DNA of 64,000 nt from Myxococcota bacterium (GTDB lineage: Bacteria; Myxococcota_A; UBA9160; SZUA-336), in assembly GCA_035498015.1 (NCBI GenBank), contig DATKAO010000141.1:5370-69369 (forward strand), given 5' to 3'. Below, piece after piece: positions 26,090-34,953 of this stretch (its first letter is position 1; every line of letters begins with the position of its first letter). The position numbers and the translations under genes were made by a program. The notes beneath the pieces are model-generated. The model was not told the DNA's origin. It made no database searches and saw nothing but the letters and a program-made list of their open reading frames with translations.

Positions 26090-27390
26090 CTCGTGGCCTC
26101 CTCCTCGCCGCGCTCTGGGTGCTCCCGGGCGCGGCGAGGGGGGAGGAGCCGGCGCCCGCGCCCGCGCCCGTACAGGAGCCGGCCGAGGAGAGCTGGCACC
26201 TCGAGCACCGCTTCGCCTGGGACGGGGCGCCGACCTACGAGGTCTGGGCGCTGACTCCGGACCAGATCACGCAGGAGCTCAAGCTCGTTCAGGACTTCGG
26301 CATCGTGGGCCGGGTCGGAGCCAGCCTGTTCGTCGACTACGGCTACGACTGGTCCGCCAATCCCGACGACCGCAACGGCTGGGACGCCCAGCTCCGCCGG
26401 CTGCGCATCGAGACGCTCGGGCGCGTCTCGTACGGGATCGACACCTACTACAAGGTGTCTCTCGGTGCCGAAGAGGGGCGCTTCTATCTCAACGACTTCT
26501 GGCTCGGCTGGTACCCCACCGCGTGGTTCGAGCGGGTCCGCTTCGGGTACATCGACCCGCCGTTCTCGCTCGAGCAGCTCACCTCGAGCACGGAGCGCTC
26601 GTTCATGGAGGCCGCGGCGCCGGTCTCCGCGTTCGCGCCCGGCTATCGGCTCGGGCTCGAAGGCCGGAACCGCTGGCTCGACCCCGACGTGGCGCTGATC
26701 GGCAGTCTCTCGTCCGTCGGCCAGTCACAGCAGTTCAGCGACGCCTCGGACTCGCCCTTTCGCGCCTCGCTGCGCGCCGCCTGGCGGCCGGGTGGGGTGC
26801 CGGACGACCCCAACGCGGCGCTCTTGCACCTGGGGCTCTCGTTCGGATACTCGTTCTCGGGCTCGGGCGACATCCACTACCGCGCGCGTCCCGAGAGCTC
26901 GATCTCGCCCTATCTCGTCGACACCGGCGACATCCAAGGCGACGCGGCGCAGGTGGGCGTGGAGTTCGCGCGCCGCGCCGGCCCGCTCACCCTGCAGGGC
27001 GAGTGGATCGGGTCGTTCGTGAGCTCCAGTGACTTCGGATCGCGCTTCTTCCACGGCGGCTACTTCGAGACGGCCTACATGATGACCGGGGAGATCCGCC
27101 CCTACGACGCGCGCTCCGGCTTGTTCACTCCCATCCAGCCGAAGGTCCCCTTCGATTGGGACGAGCGCAGCTTCGGGAGCCTCGAGCTCGCCGCGCGTAT
27201 CTCCTACATCAATCTGAGCGACGGCCCCGTGCACGGCGGCTCGATGACCACGCTCAACGGCGGCGTGGTCTGGGGCCTGAACCGCTGGGCACGCATCCAC
27301 TTCGACGCGATCTGGGCCACCGTGCACGACCGGCCCGGCCCGGGCTCGAACCTGATCGGGCAGATGCGGATCGAGCTGAGTCTCAACTGA
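26086..27390 (+). CDS. phosphate-selective porin O/P (OprO/OprP)-like outer-membrane protein
   Basis: GTG 26086 overlaps the glsA stop (GTGA). Signal (M)TRGLLLAALWVLPGAARG. C-terminal beta-barrel-like sequence ends in an aromatic-rich strand. Confidence 0.5.
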   Translation: MTRGLLLAALWVLPGAARGEEPAPAPAPVQEPAEESWHLEHRFAWDGAPTYEVWALTPDQITQELKLVQDFGIVGRVGASLFVDYGYDWSANPDDRNGWDAQLRRLRIETLGRVSYGIDTYYKVSLGAEEGRFYLNDFWLGWYPTAWFERVRFGYIDPPFSLEQLTSSTERSFMEAAAPVSAFAPGYRLGLEGRNRWLDPDVALIGSLSSVGQSQQFSDASDSPFRASLRAAWRPGGVPDDPNAALLHLGLSFGYSFSGSGDIHYRARPESSISPYLVDTGDIQGDAAQVGVEFARRAGPLTLQGEWIGSFVSSSDFGSRFFHGGYFETAYMMTGEIRPYDARSGLFTPIQPKVPFDWDERSFGSLELAARISYINLSDGPVHGGSMTTLNGGVVWGLNRWARIHFDAIWATVHDRPGPGSNLIGQMRIELSLN

Positions 27391-27420
27391 CGACGTTCGC
27401 CTGCGGCTCGCGGGCCGGCC
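27387..27420. repeat. copy B of the same roughly 30-nt intergenic repeat
   Basis: CTGACGACGTTCGCCTGCGGCTCGCGGGCCGGCC, compared with copy A CTGACGTTCGTCCGCCTGCGGCTCAGGCCG. Confidence 0.35.
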
Positions 27421-28118
27421 TAGCGAGCGACTGACTTGGCGGTCTGTCCGAACAGGATCTTCTTCGCCTGCTCGTCCATGGTGCCCGGGGTGCGCAGCTC
27501 CTTGCCCACGTCGATGCCGCGGCGCACGGACGGGCGCTCCTTCACCGCGTCGTACCAGCGGCGCAGGTTCGGGAACTCGGCCAGGGTCTGGCCCAGGCGT
27601 TCGTGAGAGAGCAGCCAGGGCCAGCTCGCGCAGTCGGCGATCGAGAAATCGCCGCAGATGAAGTCACGGCCCGCGAGGCGCTTGTCGAGCACGCCGTACA
27701 GACGGTTCACCTCGTTCGTGTAGCGGTCGATGCCGTAGGCGATCTTCTCGGGCGCGTAGTTGCGGAAGTGATTCGCCTGGCCCGACATCGGGCCCAGCCC
27801 GCCCATCTGCCACATCAGCCACTCCTGCACCTCGGTGCGGCCGCGCAGGTCGCGCGGGCACAGCCTTCCGGTCTTGTCGGCGAGATACAAGAGGATCGCG
27901 CCCGACTCGAACACCGAGATCGGCTTGCCGCCGTCGGCCGGCGCGCGATCGACGATCGCCGGCATGCGGTTGTTCGGGCTGATCGCGAGAAACTCGGGCT
28001 GGAACTGCTCGCCGCGGCCGATGTTCACCGGCACGACCCGGTAGGGCAGGCCGAGCTCCTCGAGCGCGATCGAGATCTTCCAGCCGTTCGGCGTGGGCCA
28101 GTAGTGGAGATCGATCAT
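27420..28118 (-). CDS. glutathione S-transferase (Nu-class, YfcG/YghU-like)
   Basis: MIDLHYWPTPNGWKISIALEELGLPY... thioredoxin-like GST N-terminus. Confidence 0.8.
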   Translation of the reverse strand: MIDLHYWPTPNGWKISIALEELGLPYRVVPVNIGRGEQFQPEFLAISPNNRMPAIVDRAPADGGKPISVFESGAILLYLADKTGRLCPRDLRGRTEVQEWLMWQMGGLGPMSGQANHFRNYAPEKIAYGIDRYTNEVNRLYGVLDKRLAGRDFICGDFSIADCASWPWLLSHERLGQTLAEFPNLRRWYDAVKERPSVRRGIDVGKELRTPGTMDEQAKKILFGQTAKSVAR

Positions 28119-28143
28119 CGGGCCAGGGTAGCCGAGCGCAGCT

Positions 28144-29373
28144 CTAGAGTCTGATCCAGAGCTCGCGCAGCCCGCGCAGCACGATGCCCGGCTTCCACTC
28201 GGGTGACTCGTCGGCGAGCTTCATGTTCGGGAAGCGCGCGACCGCGGAGCCGAGCGCGATCTGGGCTTCGAGCCGCGCGAGCGCCGCGCCCAGGCAGAAG
28301 TGCGCGCCGAAGCCGAACGCCAGGTGGCGCGCGTCGCCGCGCGCGAGGTCGAGCCGGTCCGGGTGCGTCCACACGGCGGGGTCACGGTTGGCCCCGGCCA
28401 GCATCAGCGAGACCTCCTGGCCCGGCTCGATGCGTTCGCCGAGCAGCTCGCGCGCCACGGCGCCCGGGCGCCGCGAGGTGACCGTGACCGGTCCTTCGAA
28501 GCGCAGCAGCTCCTCGATCGCGGGCCCGATCAGCTCGGGCCGCGCGACCAGCTTCGCGAGCTCGCCGGGGTGGCGCAGCAGGGCGTGGAGCCCGTTCCCG
28601 ATCAGGTTGGTGGTGGTTTCGTGACCTGCGCCGAGCACGAGCACGACGGTCGAGAACAGCTCGTCGTCGGAGAGCTGGTCGCCCACCTCGCGCGCCGCGA
28701 TCAGTCGACTCAAGAGGTCGGTGCGCGGCTGCGCGCGGCGCTGCGCGATCAGGCCGTCGAGATACTCGCGCATCTCGAGACAGGCGCCGGCCGCGCCGGC
28801 CAGGCCGCCCGCGCGGATCGTGCCGTCGAGGAAGGTGGCGATCGCGTCCGACCAGCGCTTCAGGTCGGCGTGGCGCTCGAGCGGGACGCCGAACAGCTCG
28901 GCGATCACGATGATCGGCAGGGGCATGCCCAGGTCCTCGATCGCGTCGAACTCGCCGCGGCCCGCCGCGGCGTCGAGCAGCTCGTCGGCGATCGCCTGCA
29001 CGCGCGGCCGCAGCTCGGCCACGACGCGCGGCGTGAACGCCTTGTTCACGAGCGTGCGCAGGCGCGCGTGATCGGCGCCGTCCTTCAGCAGCATCATGTG
29101 CAGGGCCGTGCGCGCCACCACGCTGAACGGCGCCTGCGGGTCCGCAGCCACGGTGGCGAGCACCGACGCGGGGAATTTCGCGGCCGACCAGCTCGGGTCG
29201 CGCAGCAGCGCCGCGCAGTCGACGTGGCGGGTCAGGATCCACGCCACGTTCCCGTCGGCTTCCAAGTGGCGGTGGATCGGCCCCGCGTCGCGCAAGCGCG
29301 CGAGGTGAGGATGCGGGTTGGCCTGGACTTCGGGCGAAGCGGGGTCCCAGCGGGGCTCGCGGCGGGCGCTCAT
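28144..29373 (-). CDS. cytochrome P450
   Basis: FGFGAHFCLGAALAR heme-binding loop, AGHETT I-helix, EELLRF. GGAGGA lies 5 nt upstream of ATG 29373 (GGAGGAGTGACATG). Confidence 0.8.
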   Translation of the reverse strand: MSARREPRWDPASPEVQANPHPHLARLRDAGPIHRHLEADGNVAWILTRHVDCAALLRDPSWSAAKFPASVLATVAADPQAPFSVVARTALHMMLLKDGADHARLRTLVNKAFTPRVVAELRPRVQAIADELLDAAAGRGEFDAIEDLGMPLPIIVIAELFGVPLERHADLKRWSDAIATFLDGTIRAGGLAGAAGACLEMREYLDGLIAQRRAQPRTDLLSRLIAAREVGDQLSDDELFSTVVLVLGAGHETTTNLIGNGLHALLRHPGELAKLVARPELIGPAIEELLRFEGPVTVTSRRPGAVARELLGERIEPGQEVSLMLAGANRDPAVWTHPDRLDLARGDARHLAFGFGAHFCLGAALARLEAQIALGSAVARFPNMKLADESPEWKPGIVLRGLRELWIRL

Positions 29374-29477
29374 GTCACTCCTCCATTGCACCGGAAACGT
29401 CCCGGTGCAATGGCCGCGCCAGCGCCGCGCATGCGTCCGCGGCGTGCGTGGGCCCGCGGGCCGCAATCACTTCGCTG

Positions 29478-30134
29478 CTAGCTGGAGCGCTCGGACTGCG
29501 CCTGGGCGTTCTTCTCGTGCAGCGTCTGGATCAGGTTCGCGACGCCCTTCTGGGTCACGATCTCCTGGACCTGCGAGCGGAAGTTCCCGATCAGGCTCAC
29601 GCCTTCGGGAATCACGTCGATCACCAGCCAGCGTTCACCGTTCTGGCGCAGGCGGTAGTCGATGCGCACGCCGTCGGGTGGCGCGCTGCCGCCGGACAGG
29701 TTCATGCGGATCGTCACGTCCTTGTTGGTCTCGAGCCGCGCGTCGCTGACGGCGATCTTCTCGCCCCCGGTGTAGCGGTCGAAGGTGCGCCCGTAGGTGA
29801 GCGTCAGGTGCTGCTTGAACTCTTCCAGGAACTGAGCCTGCTGCTCGGGCGTGAGCTGCGAGCGGTTCTTGCCGAGAACGAACTGCGCCATCTTCGGGAA
29901 GTCGAAGCGGTCGTTGGCGATCGCCTCGAGCTTCCGCACGCGCGCGTCGTGACTCAGTGACTTGTCGTTCAGGATCGCGAGCGTGTCGTCGACGGTCTGC
30001 TGGAACGATGCCTTGGCTGCCGCCAGATCGTCGGCTGCGAACGCGCGCGGCGCCGCGGCGAGGCACAGCAGCACGAGCAGCGCCGCGGCGCTACTCCGGC
30101 AGGCTCTCGCTGTCGTCGCTCTCGTACAGGTCAT
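29478..30134 (-). CDS. mlaC: MlaC-like periplasmic phospholipid-binding protein (Tgt2/MlaC family)
   Basis: Signal ...RACRSSAAALLVLLCLAAAPRAFA. FDFPKMAQFVLGKN..LTPEQQ is MlaC-like. Start choice (ATG 30134 after GGAGAA) is uncertain and overlaps the mlaA 3' end by 44 nt. Confidence 0.55.
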   Translation of the reverse strand: MTCTRATTARACRSSAAALLVLLCLAAAPRAFAADDLAAAKASFQQTVDDTLAILNDKSLSHDARVRKLEAIANDRFDFPKMAQFVLGKNRSQLTPEQQAQFLEEFKQHLTLTYGRTFDRYTGGEKIAVSDARLETNKDVTIRMNLSGGSAPPDGVRIDYRLRQNGERWLVIDVIPEGVSLIGNFRSQVQEIVTQKGVANLIQTLHEKNAQAQSERSS

Positions 30135-30900
30135 TGTCGGGTTTCTCCACGGGCTCCGCGCCGTTTCGGATGTCGCGCTCGCGCGCCTGGAAATACAGGT
30201 CGCGCGCGGAGCTGTACCAGTCCACCGCCGCATCGCGCGCCGCCTTGAGGTCGGCGTCGACCAGCGCGCGCCGGTTGATGTCGCGCAGCATGGTCTCGCC
30301 GTAGGGCGCGAACAGCGGCCAGAAGTAGCCGTCGCCCACGTTCAAGAGCCAGTCGAACGGCATGCCCACGAGATCGCGCGCGCAGCTGCGCGGCGCCAGC
30401 ACCGGCAGCACGAGGTACGGCCCGGGCGTCATGCCCCAGACGCCGAGTGTCTGACCCATGTCCTCGCGCCGTGCGCGCAGGTGGAGATAGTGGTCGGCCG
30501 GGTCGAAGATGCCCGCGATGCCGACGGTCGTGTTGATGCCGAAGCGGGCCAGCGCGATGCCCGACTGCTTCGGGTCGAGCTGCAGCAGCGGATACACCAC
30601 GTACCCGGGTGAGTTCAGGTTGTCGACGAACTGCTCCAGGTGGATGCGCACGGTGAGTGGCGTGATGAACATCCAGCCGTGCGCGAGCGGCCCGTAGATG
30701 TAGGCGTCGAGCACGTCGTTGTTGACCCAGAACATGGCCCGGTTGAAGGGCTGGAACGGGTCGTAGACGGCGTCGGGCGAATCGGTGGAGACCATCGCGT
30801 GCCCGGCCAGCTCCGGCTGCGCGGGACCGTTCGCCTCCGCGCACGCGAAGCACGCGCTGGCGGCGCCCGCGATCAGCAGCCGCGACAGGCGAAAGCTCAC
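30091..30900 (-). CDS. mlaA: MlaA/VacJ-family outer-membrane lipoprotein
   Basis: GGAGGAAA lies 6 nt upstream of GTG. Lipoprotein signal VSFRLSRLLIAGAASAC. FNRAMFWVNNDVLDAYIYGPLAHGW is MlaA-like. GTG overlaps the mlaD stop (GTGA). Confidence 0.65.
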   Translation of the reverse strand: MSFRLSRLLIAGAASACFACAEANGPAQPELAGHAMVSTDSPDAVYDPFQPFNRAMFWVNNDVLDAYIYGPLAHGWMFITPLTVRIHLEQFVDNLNSPGYVVYPLLQLDPKQSGIALARFGINTTVGIAGIFDPADHYLHLRARREDMGQTLGVWGMTPGPYLVLPVLAPRSCARDLVGMPFDWLLNVGDGYFWPLFAPYGETMLRDINRRALVDADLKAARDAAVDWYSSARDLYFQARERDIRNGAEPVEKPDNDLYESDDSESLPE

Positions 30901-31421
30901 GAGCCCTTTCCTCCGCTCGGGGCTTTGCCGCCGTCGCCGCTTCCGCCCCCGCCGCTGCTGTTGCTGCTGCCGCCCAGGCTCTGGATCACCTTTCCGATCA
31001 GACGCTCGATCACGACCGCACTCTGCGTGTAGGCGATCTCTCCGCCCTGGGCCAGGAAGGTGTCGGATCCGCCCGGAGAGAGCCCGACGTACTGGTTGCC
31101 GAGCACGCCCTGGGTCAGCACGGCCGCCTGGGTGTCGTCGGGGAGCTTCAGGTTCTTGTCCACGTCCATCTTGACGCGCGCGCGGAAGCTCCCGTCCTTC
31201 GCCAGCTCGATGCCCGTGACCTGGCCGACCTTCACGCCGCCGATCACCACCGGGGAGCGCTTGGCCAGCCCGCCGATCTCGTCGAAGTTGGCGTAGAGCG
31301 TGAGCCCGCCCGGGCCCGAGTACGCGGCCCCGCCCAGCTCGATCGAGAGATAGGCGAGCGCAGCCAGCCCGGAGAGCACGAACACCCCCACGAGTAAGTC
31401 GCGAATCGGCGAGCGACTCAT
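30897..31421 (-). CDS. mlaD: MlaD (MCE-domain) protein
   Basis: N-terminal TM helix then MCE domain (TLYANFDEIGGLAKRSPVVIGGVKVGQVTGIEL). Gly/Ser-rich tail. ATG overlaps the mlaE stop (ATGA). Confidence 0.7.
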   Translation of the reverse strand: MSRSPIRDLLVGVFVLSGLAALAYLSIELGGAAYSGPGGLTLYANFDEIGGLAKRSPVVIGGVKVGQVTGIELAKDGSFRARVKMDVDKNLKLPDDTQAAVLTQGVLGNQYVGLSPGGSDTFLAQGGEIAYTQSAVVIERLIGKVIQSLGGSSNSSGGGGSGDGGKAPSGGKGS

Positions 31422-32200
31422 ACCCCAACCCCCCAGAGTGCGGTGATCACGTAGTCGAACATCAGTGTGGCCACCGAAGCTTGCACCACTGCGCCCGTGG
31501 TCGCACGGCTGACCCCCGCGGAGTTCGGCGCCGACGTGTAGCCGCGCCAGGTGGCCACCAGGCCGACCAGCGCGCCGAACACCACCGACTTCAGCAGGCT
31601 GCCCAGCACGTCGTTGCGGAAGTCGATGTTGTTCTCGAGGCTCGAGAGATACGTGCCCGCGTCGACGCCCAGCAGGCCCACGCCCACGAGATACCCGCCG
31701 AACAGGCCGAACACGATGAACAGCGCGGAGAGCAGCGGCATGGCGAGCGCGAGCGCCAGCGCCTTGGGCTGGGTCACGAAGTCCAGCGGGTCGACCGACA
31801 TCATGCGCAGCCCGTCGAGCTGCTCGGTCGCGACCATGGCGCCGATCTCCGCAGCCACCGCCGAGCCGGCGCGGCCGGTCACGAGCAGCGCGGTGAGCAC
31901 CGGGCCGAGCTCGCGCACGAGCGAGAGACCCACCACCGCGCCCACGCTCTGCTCGGCGCCGAAGCGCACCAGCGTGTTGTAGCCCTGCAGCCCGAGCACC
32001 AGCCCCACCGCCAGGCCCGACGTGCACACGATCGCGAGTGACAGCACGCCCGTGTTGTAGAGCTCGTCGATCACACGGCGCAGCCGGTACGGCGGCACCA
32101 AGGTCTCGTAGACCAGCCGTGAGCCGAACAGCGTGATTCCGCCCAGGCCGTGGACGTTCTCGATCGTGCGCCAGCCGACGTCGCGAACCAGCTCGAACAT
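31418..32200 (-). CDS. mlaE: MlaE ABC transporter permease
   Basis: MFELVRDVGWRTIENVHGLGGITLFG... is an MlaE-family permease. The start overlaps the mlaF stop by 1 nt. Confidence 0.8.
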   Translation of the reverse strand: MFELVRDVGWRTIENVHGLGGITLFGSRLVYETLVPPYRLRRVIDELYNTGVLSLAIVCTSGLAVGLVLGLQGYNTLVRFGAEQSVGAVVGLSLVRELGPVLTALLVTGRAGSAVAAEIGAMVATEQLDGLRMMSVDPLDFVTQPKALALALAMPLLSALFIVFGLFGGYLVGVGLLGVDAGTYLSSLENNIDFRNDVLGSLLKSVVFGALVGLVATWRGYTSAPNSAGVSRATTGAVVQASVATLMFDYVITALWGVGV

Positions 32201-32970
32201 CAGCTCGCGTCCTCGAGCGCGGGGCCGGTCCCGGCGGCCACGAGAAAGCGCTGGAGGCGCGGGTCGGGACTCTCCTTGATCTCCTTCACGGTGCCGGAGA
32301 TCGCCGCGCCATCGACCAGGAAGACCACCTCGTCGGCCATGCGCATGGTGGACCCGATGTGGTGATTGGTGAGGATCATCGTGAGTCCCTTCGTGTGGTT
32401 CACCTCGACGAGCAGCGCTTCGATCAGGCGCACCGCGAGCGGGTCGAGACCCGAGAATGGCTCGTCGATCAAGAGGATCTCGGGCTCGGTGACCATGGCG
32501 CGCGCGAGCGCGGCGCGCTTCTTCATGCCGCCGGACAGCTCTCCGGGCAAGAGCGAGTCGACGCGCTTCAGGCCCACCGCCTCGAACTGGGCGTGCACGC
32601 GCTCGGCGATCTCCTTCTCGCGCAGGCGCGTGCGCTCGCGCAGCGGCAGGGCCACGTTGTCGAACACGGTCATCGAGTCGAGCAGCGCGCCGCCCTGGAA
32701 CATCATGCCCAGGCGCTTGCGCACGCGGCGCATCTGGCGCTCGGGCAGACGCGAGATCTCCTCTTCGCCGATCCAGATGTCGCCGTAGTTGGGCCGCTGC
32801 AGGCCCGCCATGAGTCGCAGGAGCGTGCTCTTGCCGACGCCGCTCGCGCCCAGGATCACCGAGATCTTCGCCTGCGAGAAGCGGCACGACAGGCCGTCGA
32901 ACACGCGGCGGTCGCCGAATGCGAGCCGCACCGACACCACGTCGACCCGCGAATTTCCCCGGTCGGGCAT
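32200..32970 (-). CDS. mlaF: MlaF ABC transporter ATP-binding protein
   Basis: Walker A GASGVGKST, LSGGMKKRAALARA signature, Walker B LLIDEP. Confidence 0.8.
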   Translation of the reverse strand: MPDRGNSRVDVVSVRLAFGDRRVFDGLSCRFSQAKISVILGASGVGKSTLLRLMAGLQRPNYGDIWIGEEEISRLPERQMRRVRKRLGMMFQGGALLDSMTVFDNVALPLRERTRLREKEIAERVHAQFEAVGLKRVDSLLPGELSGGMKKRAALARAMVTEPEILLIDEPFSGLDPLAVRLIEALLVEVNHTKGLTMILTNHHIGSTMRMADEVVFLVDGAAISGTVKEIKESPDPRLQRFLVAAGTGPALEDAS

Positions 32971-33022
32971 CTCTACCGTCGTGGGCAAGCCGCGCGTATA
33001 TCGCGGACTTCGCGCATCGCCG

Positions 33023-33880
33023 CTAGGCCGAGATCCCGACGAGCTTCTCGCTCGCCTCCCACAGGCGGCGCGCCGCCGCGTCGTCCCGCGCGTTGGCGTG
33101 CGGCGCAGTCTCGCGCCGGTCGCCGAAGTAGCGGCCAGTGACTCCCTCGAGCTCGGGCGCGCTGCAGGCCCAGATCGAGGTCTCCGCGCCCTGCTCGGGC
33201 GAGCGAAAGAGCGGGCGCGCCAGCTTGGTCAGGAACTTGAGCACCGGGGCGTGGTTGTTCTGGCCGAGGCCCGTGCGCACCATCCCCGGATGGAGCGCGT
33301 TCACGGTGACTCCCGAGCCCGCCAGGCGCCGCGCCAGCTCGCGCGTGAACAAGAGGTTCGCGAGCTTCGAGCGGCCGTAGACGCCCCACGCCGAGTAGCG
33401 CTTCGACGCGCCCAGGTCGTCGAAGTCGAGCGGGCCGCCCATCTTGTGCGCGTCGGAGGCCACGTTCACGATGCGCGCGGGCGCGCTCTCGCGGATGCGC
33501 TCCAAGAGCAGGAGCGTGAGCAGGAAGTAGGCGAGGTGATTCACCGCGAAGGTGGTCTCGATCCCGTCGCGCGTCTCGCTGCGCGCGAGCTCCATCACGC
33601 CCGCGTTGTTCAGCAGGATGTGCAGCGGCTCGCCGTGAGACAGGAACTCGGCCGCGGCGCGGCGCACCTCGGCCTGTGAGCCGAGGTCCGCCAGCAGCAC
33701 GTTCACCTCCGCGCGCGGCGACTCATTCTCGATCTCCGCACGCGTGTCCTCGGCGCGGCCCGCGTCGCGCGCCACCAGCCACAGGCGCGCGCCCATGCGC
33801 GCGAGCGCGCGCGCCGACGCGCGGCCGATGCCGTTGGTCGCGCCGGTCACGAGCGCCGTCTTGCCGCGCAGGTCGGTCAC
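33023..33880 (-). CDS. SDR-family oxidoreductase
   Basis: TALVTGATNGIGRA, NNAG, YxxxK (YGRSK). GTG 33880 overlaps the quinone oxidoreductase stop (GTGA). The ORF-track extension to 34888 is Arg-rich. Confidence 0.7.
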   Translation of the reverse strand: MTDLRGKTALVTGATNGIGRASARALARMGARLWLVARDAGRAEDTRAEIENESPRAEVNVLLADLGSQAEVRRAAAEFLSHGEPLHILLNNAGVMELARSETRDGIETTFAVNHLAYFLLTLLLLERIRESAPARIVNVASDAHKMGGPLDFDDLGASKRYSAWGVYGRSKLANLLFTRELARRLAGSGVTVNALHPGMVRTGLGQNNHAPVLKFLTKLARPLFRSPEQGAETSIWACSAPELEGVTGRYFGDRRETAPHANARDDAAARRLWEASEKLVGISA

Positions 33881-34899
33881 GGCACGAGCACCACCTTCCC
33901 GATGTTCTTGCGGTCTTGGATGTAGTGGTGCGCCTCGGCGGCACGGTCGAGCGGGAAGCTCGCGCTGATCAGCGGCGCGATCTCGCGCCGGTTCCAGCAG
34001 CCCAGGAGCGCGTCGAGCCAGCCGTTCACCCGGTCGATCTCCTCCCACAGGTGGGCCAGGTTCACGCCGAACACGCCCTTGTTCTCGCTGATGAGGCGGG
34101 CGGGGCCGAAGGCCAGCCAGGGCATGCGCGCCGCGGTCCACGCCACCTTGAACAGGTTCCGGCGCTTGCCGGTGGCGGCCGCCGAGAGCCCGAACATGGC
34201 CATGCGGCCGGTCGGCGAGAGCGAGCGGTAGCTCTGGCGGAACGACTTCCCGCCGACCGCGTCGAGCGCCAGGTCGACGCCCCGGCCGCGCGTGTACTCG
34301 CGCACGCGCTGCTCGAAGTCGTCGTGGTACGGATCGATCGCGAAGTCGAGGCCGAGGCGCTTCAGCGCGTCGTGCTTGCCCGACGAGGCCGTGCCGATCG
34401 TGGTCGCGCCGATGCGCTTGGCGAGCTGCAGCGCGGCGATCCCGACGCCGCCGCCCGCGGAGTGGATCAGCACGGTCATGCCCGCGCGCAGGCCGCCCAT
34501 GACCTCGAGGATCTGCCAGGCCGTCAGGTAGTTCACGGGCAGCGCGGCGCCCTGCGGGGCGCTCATGTCCGCGGGCCGCGTCGCGAGCTGGACCTCCGGC
34601 ACGCACACGGTGTCGGCGTAGCCGCCAAAGCGGGTCAGGGCGAGGATGTCGCGCCCGATCCAATCGGGCTCGACCTCGGCGCCCACCGCGTCGACACGCC
34701 CCGCGATCTCGTAGCCAGGCACCACCGGGCGCTTGGGCAGATCGGGGTAGAGCCCGAGCCGGCCCATCACGTCGGCGAAGTTCACGCCGATCGCCTCGAC
34801 GCGGACCCGGACCTGGCGCGGCCCCGGCATCGGGTCGGGCGCCTCGCGCAGTCGGAGCACCTCGGGCCGGCCGAAGCGCTCGATCCACACCTGTCTCAC
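33877..34899 (-). CDS. NAD(P)H:quinone oxidoreductase-like MDR (zinc-binding dehydrogenase family)
   Basis: Qor-like sequence with GGVGIAALQLAK Rossmann motif. GGAGG lies 7 nt upstream of the second GTG (34899). GTG 34905 is an alternative start. Confidence 0.7.
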   Translation of the reverse strand: MRQVWIERFGRPEVLRLREAPDPMPGPRQVRVRVEAIGVNFADVMGRLGLYPDLPKRPVVPGYEIAGRVDAVGAEVEPDWIGRDILALTRFGGYADTVCVPEVQLATRPADMSAPQGAALPVNYLTAWQILEVMGGLRAGMTVLIHSAGGGVGIAALQLAKRIGATTIGTASSGKHDALKRLGLDFAIDPYHDDFEQRVREYTRGRGVDLALDAVGGKSFRQSYRSLSPTGRMAMFGLSAAATGKRRNLFKVAWTAARMPWLAFGPARLISENKGVFGVNLAHLWEEIDRVNGWLDALLGCWNRREIAPLISASFPLDRAAEAHHYIQDRKNIGKVVLVP

Positions 34900-34953
34900 G
34901 TCCACCCCTCCGGAGCGTCCGATTCTAGAGGTCGGAGACGGAGGGCGCCGGGT

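Noticed and set aside
23509-27390. 1293-aa + strand ORF
   Set aside because: A single open frame that only coincides with a real gene at its 3' end (porin O/P-like, from 26086). Upstream it is Arg/Gly-rich and overlaps the DcaP-like and glsA genes in other frames.
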